From Tubiluchus corallicola (Eukaryota; Animalia; Priapulida): a DNA stretch of 64,000 nt. Positions 7,002 to 21,500 of this stretch are shown here, piece by piece. Under the pieces are notes generated by a model. That model had not been told where the DNA came from, searched no databases, and worked only from the letters and a program-made list of their open reading frames with translations. Position numbers and translations under genes: made by a program. Location of the stretch: assembly GCA_030141605.1 (NCBI GenBank), contig JAQGDQ010000405.1, positions 146,528 to 210,527 of the forward strand, read 5' to 3'. Within the stretch, counting starts at the first letter, position 1, and the number at the start of each line of letters is the position of its first letter.

Positions 7002-10000
7002 GTAAGGGTCTGTTGAAAAATGAAACTTTTCTGTTAAATGAGATTTGCCAAATAACTTGTTTATGACTATATTAGCTGTAATTTAATTGAATTGAATTGA
7101 GTTAGGATTGCTGTTTGCTTACTTTGTGTCACTGGTTTATTGCTCATATTAATTTTACTTTTTATTTACAATATGTGTAATAATTTTGGCAGCTGACTGT
7201 CTTCCGTCCATTCTTTATTGTACTGAACTTGCCATACTGCGTCTTCAAAGGAGACACTTTGAATATGCAAGCTGTCATCTTCAACTATATGGATGCTGAC
7301 GTTGAGGTTGTTGTGACTTTAAAATTGAAAGCACCTGATGAAAATCCTGGCAAGGGTAATGGTGCTAACGGTGGCACTGACGCTAAAGGTGGCAAGGGCC
7401 AAGAAGTTGATGGCAAAGGTCAGCAGGAAATTGGCAAAGGTCAGCAGGAAGTTGGCAAAGGTCAGCAGGAAGTTGGCGAAGGTCAGCAGGAAGCTGGCAA
7501 AGGTCAGCAGGAAGTTGGCAAAGGTCAGCAGGAAGCTGGCACTGGTCAGCAGGAAGTTGGCAAAGGTGATGGTGGCACAGTTGACGGTGACCAGAAAGGT
7601 GGTGGCACAGGTGACACTGTTAAGGGGGGCAGTGGCACTCAGTTCTATGAAACTAAACAAACTGGCATTGTAAGTTCAATTTGATCATTATTATTGCCCT
7701 AAGTTTCGTGATATTTTATATTTTTTTTATGTTTGTTTTGCACTATATTGACTTCTTTTGACAGCATGTAACTTTTATAAGTGGAATTTTAATAGTATTT
7801 GCATAATTTTTATATTTTTTCATAAATTATGTATATCTAGAGCTACATTTTTAGAAGTTCATATATTTCTTAATATAACTGTTGCTTCCACTTGGTTAAG
7901 CATGTTATAAAATAAAAATAGTATAAAACGAGTAGCCAACAAGCAAGCCGTGCTAATTGCTCCCTTTTTTTGGCGGAGCCATATTTTACATAGGAATTTC
8001 ACATAGGAAGTCTGTATGATTACTGCTCTGTGAATGGCAAAGATGGAGAATTTCTTTTATCGAATGGCCTTGACATCTGTGAATTTATTTAAGTTTTTCA
8101 CATTGGAATGAAAGTCTTTGGAATATTTTCTATTTTTGGTTAGGATAGTTCGGAAACTTCCTAGAATTTTTTGAAATGCTGTTAACTAGAATTAATTATA
8201 CGAATTGTGTAAGAGTGGTTGAATAAAATACAAAAATAAACTAACATACAAATCTAGATAAAAAGTGGTGAAGGAAAGACGTTTATCTTCCCGATCGGTA
8301 CTGTTGAAGTTGGTTACTTGCCAATACAAGTACATGCTAGAGCGACTCCAATTGAGGATGGAGGCAAAGGCAAAGGTGATGGTGGTAAAGGCCAGGTTGA
8401 CGGCAGCAAAGGCAAAGGTGATGGTGGTAAAGGCCAGGTTGACGGCAGCAAAGGCCAGTTTGATGGAGGCAAAGGCCAGTTTGAGGGTGGCGAAAACCAG
8501 TTTGAAGGAGGCAAAGGCCAGAATGAAGGAGGCAAAGGAGGCTCAATAAAAGAGAAAAAATGTGTAGATCCACAAGTACAGGACACCGAGCCTACTATAG
8601 ACCTAGCACCTGCTAGACCTGCAGAAGACGAAGTACTAAGACATCTTTTAGTCAAGGTATGATTAAAAATTAAAGTTTTTGTTAGCAATTCAGTGCGTTT
8701 TTTATTTTCTGAAACATTTAAAAATTCCATTTGTCGTGCTTTATGCTATAAAATACATAATTTTCCATTACTTTAAGTTAAATGTTTCTAAATTAGTTTG
8801 GAAGCACTAATGTACTTTTATCTCAGCATGCCCTACTTTTTCATTTCTTGTTAAGTCAGCTATTTCCAGAAAGTTATTTCTTTAAGAAAATTAAAGAAAT
8901 ATTTACTGTTGTCATGAATCTGTTTCTTCATAGAAATTTAGAATACTCAGTGATAGGCAGATTTATTTATGCATTAGAAACTGAAAAAACCACAACACTA
9001 AAACAATGTATAGGGCCGACCCATTTAATTAATAGGCATGATTCATTTAACTGGCATGTTTGAGAGCCGTATTGCGAAAGTGAAAAATCGGGCTCCTGTA
9101 CGGGGTTTGTGTGATAATCCGTAGTATCTTCATTCAAAATGCCAGTCTTCTGCAATGAAAAATAAATGTGACAACAGCAACACCAACAACATTTCAAGCT
9201 TTGGGAATCCCACTCTTGCCGAATCCAAAGTAATAATGCAAAGTCATGGAAAGTATTTCAAAATCTGTGCAGTTAATTCTAAAAATCACGTAAATTATAG
9301 TTAATTGTGACAAATGGAGGTTTACATGGTTTAACAAGATGGTGAGAAAAACTGCACGGCTAAAACAACCGACAAAAATTTGATAAAGCCATCAAAAAAG
9401 GCACATCACAACTCTGCCACTGGTTGTCTCTAATTTATGCATGTTGTAGATAAAACTTCGGAATTTTCAAAATAGTTAACTTTAAACTTTATAATTTATT
9501 AATTACGTATGTAGCATTCAAAAAGTTATTTGAATAAAACAGATTTTTACTGCAGTTTCAGCTTGGGAGCTTTTAGCTAGACCACTCCATCACATTTATA
9601 CATTGAATTTATGCTTCACAAGTTGCTAAGTTGGACGTTTAATGAAACAGTCTCACAAAAACACTTAACTTTGCTGAATCATACAAATCAAGAATAGATT
9701 TTTCTGTTTAAAACTAAAGACGGTTTTAATATTTAGCTGATCCTTGTTTGTACTTTTTTGCTAGGCTTAGATTTACACTTTGTTGTTTAGAATATCGGTG
9801 TCATACGAGTTGTGCCAGAGACATCTGTGCTTGTTAACCCCACCGATTCGAAAACGGAAGTTACAAAAAAACCAGGCACCGGACAAGAAATAACCACGAC
9901 TGTTCCTATTGAATTGCCACCTGACATCGAAAAGTGTTGTCAGCAAATTGAAGTGCAAGTTACAGGTTAGAAATCTTTCAACAGAGAATTGTGTGTTCGA

Positions 10001-13000
10001 GTTCATTTGTGTTGCAGCTTCTGTTATTACAATGTGATCTAGCATGCTCTCTACATTGGCATTATCATCATCATAGTGATCGTCATCATTTTGTCATTAT
10101 TTCTCGCCTAAAGTTTACGGAAAGAATTTCTTGTTCTCTTTTTTCTCATTCTCTCTTTTTCTCTTTCTTTCTCTCTCTCCCCCTCCCTTTCTCTCAAAAG
10201 TCAAACAGTGATGTAGATGGTATTCTCAAGGGGGGAGAATTCATATAATGTGCAGTGTATCAAAGATGACAGTTATTTAGAAACTAAAAACAATGAATAC
10301 AGCAATTAAGAGCTTTAATAAAAAACTAAAAAAACTTGAAAACAAACCAATCCACAATCACGCCTTATAGTGAAGTCATAGATCTCAAGCAAAAATCCAG
10401 TGGGTCGTTTCAGTCACAGCTCAATGCACGTACATCGTTGTCATCATACAACCCAAACAAAAGCGTGCTTATTGAAAACGTCAAAGGTGTTAATATAGTC
10501 AATTCCAGCACTTCTATCAAGAAAAATTTACATAAACACTTCTCGAATGCTAAGTTTGTGATATCACACAGCCATGAGTAAGATCCAGCTACAGTTAACA
10601 GACAGACAATCAGCAGATGATTTCATAAAAAAACTGGGACTGTACTTACTTGGGTGAGGACACCAATGTAAGGAAGCCAAAGATATGTAATATTGGCCTC
10701 GCCAGAGACTGAATCCATGTTTAACAGACAATGAAATGCAACATGATGTCAATAAGATTGAACATTTTAAACGTGAAAATGGCATGGTTCTTCTGTTAGC
10801 AAAAATTAAATTTAAATCTCATGCATGATGACTTGAAGACAGCAATTGATAGTGGCATTCCAGTTTAGTAAATTGTATGTTAAGTAGTCAAATTTGTTAC
10901 CAAGCCTACTCCAACCAGGTGCTTTAAATTGTGAAAAATTTGGGCATGTTGCAAAATGGTGCAAATGCTCTGTTACATGCACGAAATGTTCAAAGCAGCA
11001 CAAATCAGAAGACTGTGATGAACTTATTCACAAATGTGTTAACTGCAACGGCGATCACGAGGCGTGGGCTAAAAAACTGTTACAATTATATTAAAAGGTG
11101 TTAACATTCGGTGACGATAGACAATGGACATGGCTAGATATAATGTATATTTCATTCAGCTTAATAAATAAATAACAATAACATGACATGCTGTACTTAC
11201 CACCCTACATAAAAGCATTGCCTGATTATTATTTAAGTGAATTGTTAATTTGTACAGTTTGTTATATTGTTTTTTGCTTTAGTTGTCATTTGGAATTTTT
11301 GCCCTGCAAATAGCTGCCTTGTATATACAAAAAAGATCTGGGACATTATGAAAGAAATCATGAATATGGAAAGAAGTTATTCTCCAATTAAATTAAATAT
11401 AAGCAATAAACTTGTCTGTAATCCTGATGCAGTTGCTAATAGATAAGTTGATTATTTTACTAAAATAGGTTCTAATTTGGCTAATAATGTCAATTCTAGT
11501 GATGTCGCTAGATTCCGCTAGATGTCGATGTCAAGGATCAGCTAAATATTACATTGCTTGATGTCGATATAAATTTGTCAATTCTTGCTTTAGTTTTTTA
11601 TTTAAAATACTACCTGATATTATTCGCTACATTTAAACCCCTTTGGGTTATCTGATAAATATATACTTGTTATTTGTACCTGATAATTTAAAAAAGCTGT
11701 AGTAGTGCTTTGTTTAAATCTGGTGATCCGACTTTAATAAATAATTATGGAACCTATTTCACTATTACCAGTCTTTTCTAAAATTTATGAACGTTGTGCT
11801 TATAAGCAAGTGTACAATTATTTAATTAAACATAGCATATTAAAGAAGAATGAGTTTGGCTTCAGGAAACGTTGTTCTATCGATCTTCCATTACTGACTG
11901 TTAGCGAAACAATCACTAGTGCTGTCAAACATAATTCTTTCATGGCTGCTGTATTTTGTGACTTCTCTTTTGTGAAGTCTTTGATACAGTTGATCATAAA
12001 ATTATTCTTTTACGGCTCTAGAGGGGTAGCATATAAATGGCTAAACAGTTATTTACTTTATTGGACTCAGTGTGTCAGATGCAATAACTGTACATCTAAT
12101 GAATTACCTGTTAATTGTGGAGCCCTGCAAGGGTCTGTTTTAGAGCCTCTTTTATTTTTAATATATATTAATAACACAAAAAACATTTTAGTTGCCTTAG
12201 TATAGTTCAGCTTGCAGATGATACCACTCTGTTTTTTGACCTCGTAAATTTCTATTTAATTAGTATAAATAACAGTTTCAATGATATCACCAATTGGTTT
12301 AAGGTTAATAAACTATCTTTAAATGTGTCCAAAACTAAATATATTTTGTTTTGTTCTAAAAATAAACTCATTCTTCCCCCCCCCCATATTAACTTGTATT
12401 TTCATCGTATATCTATAGAACGGGTTCAGTCTACTAAATTTCTCAGTGTAATTCTTCGCAAACATCTTGATTGGAATTTTCATATTAAAATGATTAGTTT
12501 AAAGATTGCTAAGAATGATTTCTCATATCATCAGTCATTGTTTATCTGCTTGCCATTCACAAACACTTTATTAGTTTTTAATTTTTCCCTATCTAAATTA
12601 TATCAGTTGTCTTTGGCGTAGTAGGTATACAACTAATCTAAATTCTTAAGGTCCTGCCAGACAAAATTTTTCCATCTACTTTTTAGATTAAATGAATTTG
12701 CAAATGTAAATGAATCCCTATTTAGGCAATGCAAAATTCTTTTATTGATAATATAGTGTTTCGCAATATAGCAGTCTTAGTATATAAAACTTTTATGAAA
12801 TATTTATAAAAATATAAATATTTTTTTTAAAAATCTTCTAAAATTGAAGGTGAAACATTATATAATACACATTATAATCATCATTATCTAGGTTATATTC
12901 GTACTAATATTGCCAAGCATTTTGTTAAATTTTATGAACCTCTGATTTGGAATTATCTCCCTGACTACATTAAAAATCAACATACTGTTTTCAAGAAATG

Positions 13001-16000
13001 TTAAAAGATTTTGTATTAGAACACGACTTTAATATATTCCACGTGTAATTATTTTTAAACTCATGTTTCAAAGTAATTAATCTAAGTAAGTGTAGAAGAA
13101 GAAGAGGAAAATAAAAAAAGTAGTAAGAAGACTTAATTTGTCACCTGTTAGGTGTGCCAGGTTGCCTCCTGTGTTGTACATTGCCCTGTTGGTTGCTATG
13201 GCTCATGAATGTAAATTCCAATGCTTATTCTATTTTAAACCTAATTCTTACATTCTTTCATTCTCCATTGTTTCACCATCTTTGTCACCATATCTTCACA
13301 TTCATAATATATTAATGAATTTTGAGTCTAAATTTTTAGAAGTTTAATGAAATGGCATTGTACTTGCTGTCTAGAACAGTATCATTTAAAAAGATACACC
13401 CCAGCTATGTACATAAAATGCAACGTAAAAAGAAACTGCTGTGGGGAAGACGCCATTCTGTACTGGTAAATTAGAGTACAACCGTGCAGCCAAGCAGGTT
13501 TCGGCAGCTGTTTTTCGTTCGAACTGCGTGAGAGAATACAGAATTTTAAGCTCAAATAACAGTGTTTGTCTTTTCAAATACATTAATCGTAAGCACAATA
13601 ATAAATCAGGAGTTGCCCCCTTTAAAATTTGACGGAGATATTGTCGTAGATGATGGAAGAAAGGCTTGTATTCTGTGCGATGCATTTTCAGAGAATTTTA
13701 CTCTAGATAATGCGGTAGCATCAAATTTTACTCGCTGGGCGTTAGCAAATGTAGTATAAGCTTTACATCAGGCGTTGTCTGTAAAGTGCTTAAAAAGATC
13801 AATTGTAAAAATAGTCACACACCTGATGGTCTGCCCAACATTCTGTTTTCTAGCTTCGCCGGTCAATTTTACATACCACTAGCAAACATTTTTGAATTTT
13901 CTTTTCAAACACATGCCCTGCCTAATCTTGGTCGTCTCAATATTTAAAAAAGGTGACCCTGCAGACCCCCTTAATTATTGTCCCATTTCACTAACTTGAT
14001 TAGCTTGCAAGGTGATGGAAATTTGTATTGAAAGTGAACTTTTAGATTATCTGTTATTACATGGTTTAATCTCTAAATCTCAACACGATTTGACATGAAA
14101 AACAGGTCTACATGTACAGAGTTAAATGATTGTGTTAATGATTAGTGCGAAAGTGTTGCCAAAGGTTTGCAATTAGATGTGCGGTATAGTGTTGTTCATT
14201 CAAAGCTTTTAATCAAATTGCGGTCTTATGCTGTTTCTGGTAATCTTTTAGCATGGATCCGGGCATTTTAAGTAATCGTACCCAAAGAGTTCTCATTGAT
14301 CAAGATTTTTCTCCATATATCCTAGTTATTTCTGAAACACCTCAAGGCAGTGTACCCGAACCAATTTTGTTTATTTTATTCATTAATGATTTACCACAAG
14401 AATTAATTGCTATTAATTGTCGGCAAACCGTGTTGCGTCTGTGCATTGGCAGTGCGCTATGCTCCACTTGGGGCACGGTAATCCTCAATTACAATATATC
14501 TTGAACGGAGTTACATTGTCTGCTAACAATGGTTGTAAAGATTTAGGAATAACTGTCTGTTCAAACTTAAATTTTTCTAAATATGTTAAAGACCAAGTTG
14601 CGAAAGCCTTTCGCGTGGTAAACATGCTGTTTCACTGTTTCTCCATGAAGAACAAAAATGCCCTCAAGGCGCTTACAAAGCCTATGTTAGGCCACTGCTT
14701 AAATATTGTACGCCCGTGTGGTCTCCGCATCACATGCTATAGAGAGAGTTCAGCGATATTTTAGACGCAGGTTATTTGCTCATTGTCAACTTGGTGTTTT
14801 TAACTACTTCGACAGGTTGAATATTTTAGATTTACAACCACTCGAAGTCAGACGAATAATTTTTGATCTCAAGATGGTTTATAAATGTACCATAAATGAG
14901 TAGATTTGCCATTTGATGAGTTCATTTGTTATGCTCCTACCCGAAATTTACGTGTTCACAATTACAAATTGTTCATCAAAGATTATTCTAGATTAGCTGT
15001 ATGCAAATATCAGTTTGCAAATAGAATAGTCCCTATCTGGAATGATCTTAATTATGATGTGGTAAGTGCACCAAACATTGTTATTTTCCATAGTAGACTA
15101 ACAAGCTGCAATTTTTTAAGCTACTGCCACTTTAATTGTTTTATGCAAGCTATGTTTTTTTTTTCGTTTAATAGTAACATTTTTATATATATTTTTTTTA
15201 TATATATTTTATCAGCCTATGTATTTGTTTTATAACTGTGATTGTTAATGTATTGCAAATTACTTTCTTTTGTATTATCTGACTAGTAGTACATCAAATG
15301 AAAAGTCTGCATTATACATACTGTTTGGTGAATGTTGACCTATGTTTGATTGACCCTTGACCTATAGGTCAGAGATCAAAAAGTGATAAGTTTCAATTAT
15401 CAAGCACATCTTACTTAAGTACTTACTGCTAAATATTTTGAAAAACATTTTTTGTAAATACGAAACAAAGGCTGTGATTAAAACTTCTTCTGTCAACAGA
15501 TGTAGAAACTTATTTTTTGTTCTAATACTGTAAAATAGCAATTGCTGCGACACCGTAAAAACTAAACTTTTTTTTTCTTTAAATAGGTGATTTGGTTGGA
15601 TCAGCGCTCGGTCATTTTGGCCAGTATATCGGCGTTTTTTATCCAATGGCTTGCGGCGAACAAGCAATGATCAGCATGGGCCCAAATACCTACATCACCA
15701 AATATCTGAATGTAACGAAACAACTAACAAAAGATGTTTTGGACAAGGCTATTGACCAACTTGAAGAAAGTAATGTCACTGAATTATTCCACACAATTAG
15801 TTATATTTTAGAGTTGCATGAACATATGCTTTTGCTGTTTCAAAACTTGGTTTGTTATTTCCTCTCTATCAATTCAGTTCAGTTTTATTTGCACGAATAC
15901 ATACGATGTACATTGGCAAAGCAATATATTGCACATTAAATATGACAAGAAAAATTACAATAGGCCATGTTATTTTTCTAGACCAATATTAAGGTATGGT

Positions 16001-18480
16001 ATACTGATACAAAAATCACTGTTACATAAAAATTGTATAATTTGGCAATGAAAAAAGAAAAAAATGAAAAAGTAGAAGGTATACCAGCTTTTTAAATGAA
16101 AGATTATAAGAATAACATATTGAAAATTGAAAATAATTGTGGTTAGAGTCTGCTGCCAAAGTGCTGATTTCTTGTTCCCTGGGGATCGGAGTTGTTGCCA
16201 AAAGTTTCTTGCATTGACTCCATTGATGAATACATTTAAATTGTAACCAGAAAGCCTACAGAAAACCTATCAATGTTTTTGCTTGGTTAAATAATTTTCA
16301 TGAAAATTTATCCAATTTATGCTTTATATAAAAAGTTTTTTTAAAAACGACAATGAAAAACAGTTTTGTAATGCTGTGCTGTTGGTGCTTGCGCTATAGG
16401 TGTCGTCATCGTTGCCACCATAATCATCATCATCATCAACATCATGATCACCACGTGAGGTGGTGGATTTGATGTGGTGTGGTGGTGGTGTGCTATGGAT
16501 GGTGTGGTGGGGTGATAGGGTGTGTGGTGTGGGTAGTGTGGTATGGAGTGGGTGGCGTGGTGTGTGGGTGGGTGTTGTGGTGCAGTGCGGTGTGATGTGG
16601 TGGAGTATTATGGTGTGGGTGGTGTGGTGTGGTATGTGGGTGGTGCGGTGCAGTGGTATGGTGTGGTGCAGTGTGGTGTGATGTGGTGGAGTTGTATGGT
16701 GTGGGTGGTGTGGTGTGTGGGTGGTGCAGTGGTATGGTGTGGTGCAGTGTGGTGGAGTGGTATGGTGTGGGTGGTGTGGTGTGGTGTGTAGGTGGTATGG
16801 TGTGGTGTGGTGGTATTGTGTGGTGCAGTGTGGCGCGATGAGGTGGAGTGGCATGGTGTGGTGCAGTGTGGTGTGATGAGGTGGAGTGGTGTGGTGTGGG
16901 TTGTGTGTTGATTTGTGCACAAAATTCTTTTTGTGGGGTTTGGCTAGTTCTATTATATTAATATTCTTGGTATCTTAATATATATATTTATTTATATATA
17001 CGATTCGAGGCTACAGCCCGGACGAGGGCACCATTTGCGGCGATCTATATATCAAACGAAAGGTCTCGATCTAGTGTCGTCTCATTGGGGGTTTATTTTT
17101 CGAATCGGGCCTACCGGGAGGAACGGGAGGCGAAAAACCTCCAAAAATGGCCATTTTTCGGCCGTTTTTTGCAAAAGTTATACGGCTGAGATGTAGAGAA
17201 CGGGAACGGGTCGAGGGTGGTGCTGGGCGTGGATAGATAGCCCGTATAGCGGTGGGTGTCATAGGCCTATTTAGAGTTCCCGAGAGGGCCACGGCGTCCC
17301 GCAACGGGCGTTTTCCCGGACCCAACTCGCGATTTTTTCGAAATTTTGACCAAACAGCCTGCGGAAAAAACGTTCTAGCGGCGCCTGGTGGGACTCTCGG
17401 AAGGAGATATATAGCTCTTTGCAAAGAGGAAGGACAGGGCTACACAATGATGTGGGTTATATTTTAGGGCAGGTCCACCGAGAGGAGTATCAATGAGTTA
17501 ATTAGGAGTTCTATTTTCGGCAATTTTCGCTTAGAAAACTGCTGACGCAAAGCCATTGTTCTGACGTCATCCATTATTGCTTATAGCTTTAATTCAGCAA
17601 AAAGCTGCTTTGCGTTAGATAAACAGACATACAGTAGCTGCCTGCTGGCTTTGCGTTAGGTAAGTAGGCAGGATGTTACGGGCTTTGTGTTATAAATGAG
17701 GACTGTGTAGGATGTTCGCGTATTATTGATTACACGTGTATTTATACGCAAAATCTTTTGCGGGGCCTTTGCTATTTATTATATTATAGCACATAGTTTC
17801 AACTTTGTGAAAAATGTTTGGAATGGTTTTGTTGTAATGCTGTGCTGTTGGTGCTTGTGCTATAGGTGTCGTCATCATTGCCACCATCATCATCATCATC
17901 ATCAACATCGTGATCACCACGTGAGGTGGTGGATTTGATGTGGTGTGGTGGTGGTGTGCTATGGATGGTGTGGTGGGGTGATAGGGTGTGTGGGGTGTGG
18001 TTTGGGTAGTGTGGTATGGAGTGGGTGGCGTGGTGTGTGGGTGGGTGTTGTGGTGCAGTGTGGTGTTATGGTGTGGTGCAGTGCAGTGTGATGTGGTGGA
18101 GTATTATGATGTGGGTGATGTGGTGTGTGGGTGGTGCGGTGTGGTGTGGTGCAGTGGTATGGTGTGGTGCAGTGTGGTGTGATGTGGTGGAGTCATATGG
18201 TGTGGGTGGTGTGGTGTGGTGTGTGGGTGGTGCAGTGGTATGGTGTGGTGTTATGGCGTGGTGCTGTGTGGTGTGATGTGGTGGAGTGGTATGGTGTGGG
18301 TGGTGTGGTGGTATTGTGTGGTGCAGTGTGGTGCGATGAGGTGGAGTGGTATGGTGTGGTGCAGTGTGGTGTGATGAGGTGGAGTGGTGTGGTGTGGGTT
18401 GTGTGTTGATTTGTGCACAAAATTCTTTTTGTGGGGTTTGGCTAGTCTATTATATTAATATTCTTGGTATGGGCTTAATA

Positions 18481-18514
<34 letters not shown>

Positions 18515-21500
18515 AGATTCGAGGCTACAACTTCGACGACGGCATCATTTGCGGCTATCTATACATCAAACGAAAGGTCTCGATCTAGTGGCGTCTCATT
18601 GGGGGTTTATTTTTCGAATCGGGCCCACCAGGAGGAACGGGGGGGGGGGCAAAAAACCTCCAAAATGGCCATTTTTCAGCCGTTTTTTGCAAAAGTTATA
18701 CGGCTGAGATGTGGAGAACGGGAATGGGCTATGGGTGTTGCTGACTATGGATAGATAGCCCGTTCAGCATTGGGTGTCATAGGCATATTTAGAATTCGCG
18801 AGAGGGCCACGGCGTCCCGCAACAGGCGTTTTCCCGGACCCAACTCTCGCTTTTTTCGAAATTTTACTCAAACAGCATGCAGAAAAAACGTTCTAGCGGC
18901 ACCTGGTGGGACTTTTGGAAGGAGATATACGGCTCATCAGAAAGATCAGAAAGAAGAAGAACGGGGCTACACGATGGTGTGGGTTATATTTTAGGACAGA
19001 TCCGCCGAGAGGAGTACCGACGAGTTAATAAGGTGTTCTATTTTCGGCAGTTTTCGCTTAGAAAACTGCTGACGCATTCCATTGTTCTGACGTCATCCAT
19101 TGTACTCTGTCTATAATCTTATAGCTTTAATTCAGCAAAAAGCTGCTACAGGCTTTGCGTTAGATAAACAGACAAACAGTAGGCAGGATGTTACGGGCTT
19201 TGTGTTATAAATGGGGACTTGGTAGGATGTTCGCGTATTATTGATTATACGTGTGTTTATACGCAAAATTTTTTGCGGGGCCTTTGCTAGTCATATATAT
19301 TAATTTCTGTGGTATGGGCTTAATATATATATATATATATATATGGAACCTTCAAAAATGGCAATTTTTCGGCAGTTTTTTGCAAAACTTATACCTCTTA
19401 TTTCTGGAGAATGGCAATGGGCCGGGAGTGTTGCCGGCCATGGATAGTGTTCAACGATGGGTGTAGTAGGCATATCTAGATTTCACGGGACTGCCATGGT
19501 GTCCCGTAACGGGCGTTTTCCCAGACCCAACTCTCAATTTTTTTGAAATTTTGGCGAAAGATTTTGGCCTGAATAGGGGCCAAAGTCGGTGTTTTGATTT
19601 TTTTACAGCTCCTCTTAGAGCTTTCAACTAAATTTAATTTTTTCACGTGTATTTAGGTATTATGGGCTAGATATGCTATTTTGTGCATAGATATGAGGCA
19701 AAATATGAAAATCGGGGCAATTGGCTTTATTACTCAACTCCTCTGGCAGGATTGGACTAGGATCTAGTGTTTACGTGGATGACCCAGTATGTGTACGTCT
19801 GCATTAAGTAGTTTTCAAATAATGTGCCCGACCAAGTCACGTGACATGAACAAAAGTATCAAAATGGATCAATAGCTAAAAAATATACAAAACTTAGAAT
19901 AATAATTGTCTAATTAAACATTTGAGATAGAGACTTAAGTAATGTGGTTTGGAGACCGTGACTTTTGGTCAAAGGGCATGTGCAATAGACAGCATACAAG
20001 TATATACATTGCGAGTATACAAGTTACAGCTAACAAACACATCATGGGTAGTCGTAGTGTGCAAGAAACACCAATATTCTGACCTTTGATCTCTGTTAGC
20101 AGAGATGGAAGAAGCTTCACTTTCTAATGCTATCAGAACCAACAGCCAATTAGTTTTTTTTGTCACTTTTAATCATTCTATTCATATCAGCAAATCTCTA
20201 CTTATTAGTATCATTTTTTCCTTTAGTTTATGCGAAAGAATTAACGTTTCAAAGATTTGATAAGTCGTTTAGCGCCTTCGGCAATCAAGATGCCCATGGC
20301 AGTGTCTGGTAAGTAGTTTACAACCAAACTTGGCACATTCTGAAATGAGTTATTTTTTCGGTAGTCAATTTAGCTTTCATGTCAGATTTTGCTGTTTTGT
20401 AATTGAAACTTCCTGATTTCTCTGTTATTTATTTGCATTTATCTTTTGCCTTGTTTTGTTTTTCTTAGGTTGACTGCATTTGTAGTAAAAGTTTTTTGTC
20501 AAGCAAGAGCTATCATTTTCATAGATGATAAGGTTATTTCAGATGGTATAAAGTGGATGTTGGATCACCAGGATGATATTGGCCGTTTCCCTGAAAAAGG
20601 GCATGTTTATCACTACTTGGTGCAGGTTTGTAAGTTGTTACCTTGCATCAAATTGTTCCAAAATAGGCGATTGTTCCAAAATAGTTCTTGCTGCAGTCGC
20701 TTCTTCCATCTTTCTTGTTGCAGTAATCTTGTTGCTAAGTTTCCCATAAAATGCAATGTCATTTCCCAAACTTACCCATTATAGAATTCTGTTTGAAACC
20801 AGATTGTTCAAAAACCAAATCAGTTTTCCCCATAAGAAATAATTTAAATCGCACATATTAATTTTGGTGGTATGTTTTATATATATATATGTACATATAA
20901 AAGATTCGAGGCTGCAGCTCTGACGACGGCACCATTTGTGGTCGAACGAAAGGTGTTGATCTAGTGTCTTATCATTGGGAGTTTATTTTTTGAATCGGGT
21001 GCACTGAGATGAAAAGGGGGCAAAAACCCATCGAGAGTCGGATCTAGTGGCATCTGGTGGTGGGACTCTAGGAGATATATAGCTCTATATATACAGAGCT
21101 ATATATATATATATATATATATACATACACACGCCATGGTCTCTTGGCTATTCAGTCATTTAAAATGTGAAAATTAAAATTCTGCTCAAGAAAGAAAAAA
21201 CATTAGAACATCTTAGTACCCTTTTGGAGTAAAATCATCAATTTTTTTAAATGTGTGCTTTTTTTGTTAGGGTTTAATTTACCGAGATGTAGACACAACT
21301 CAAGGTGCGACATTAACAGCCTATGTTACAATTGCCTTGAATGAATGTTTAAAGACCACAGTAGTATTTGACCCTGAAGACTACGAGGTACAAAATTGGC
21401 TTATCTAATTTACGTACGTGTTGTTTCTGAATAAGGGGGCTCACAGATACCTAAAAACCACCTTTGATGTAGCATGTGGCTAAATGTCTGAGCTGATTAT

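Larger units (their letters stand above)
16330..19560 (+). mobile_element. Tandem head-to-tail array of non-autonomous Helitron units with GT-rich low-complexity cargo
   Basis: Hairpin+CTAG ends at 16944-16947, 18442-18445 and 19287-19290, each followed directly or after 1 nt by TC(T/A)...ATATTAAT starts. A mutated end (CTAT) lies at 17772-17775. Bodies are homologous to 35602-36240. Confidence 0.8.

Noticed and set aside
7319-8730. Alternative-frame ORFs (AKVSRKL)n, (FANFLLT)n and (PPSNWPL)n
   Set aside because: These are shadow frames of the TEP repeat inserts. Only the Gly/Lys/Gln frame is continuous with A2M motifs and splice phases.
16324-18420. His/Thr/Pro-rich and Val/Trp/Cys/Gly-rich ORFs on both strands
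   Set aside because: These are translations of the (GGTGT)n low-complexity DNA, which lacks stops by composition. There is no splice or domain support.
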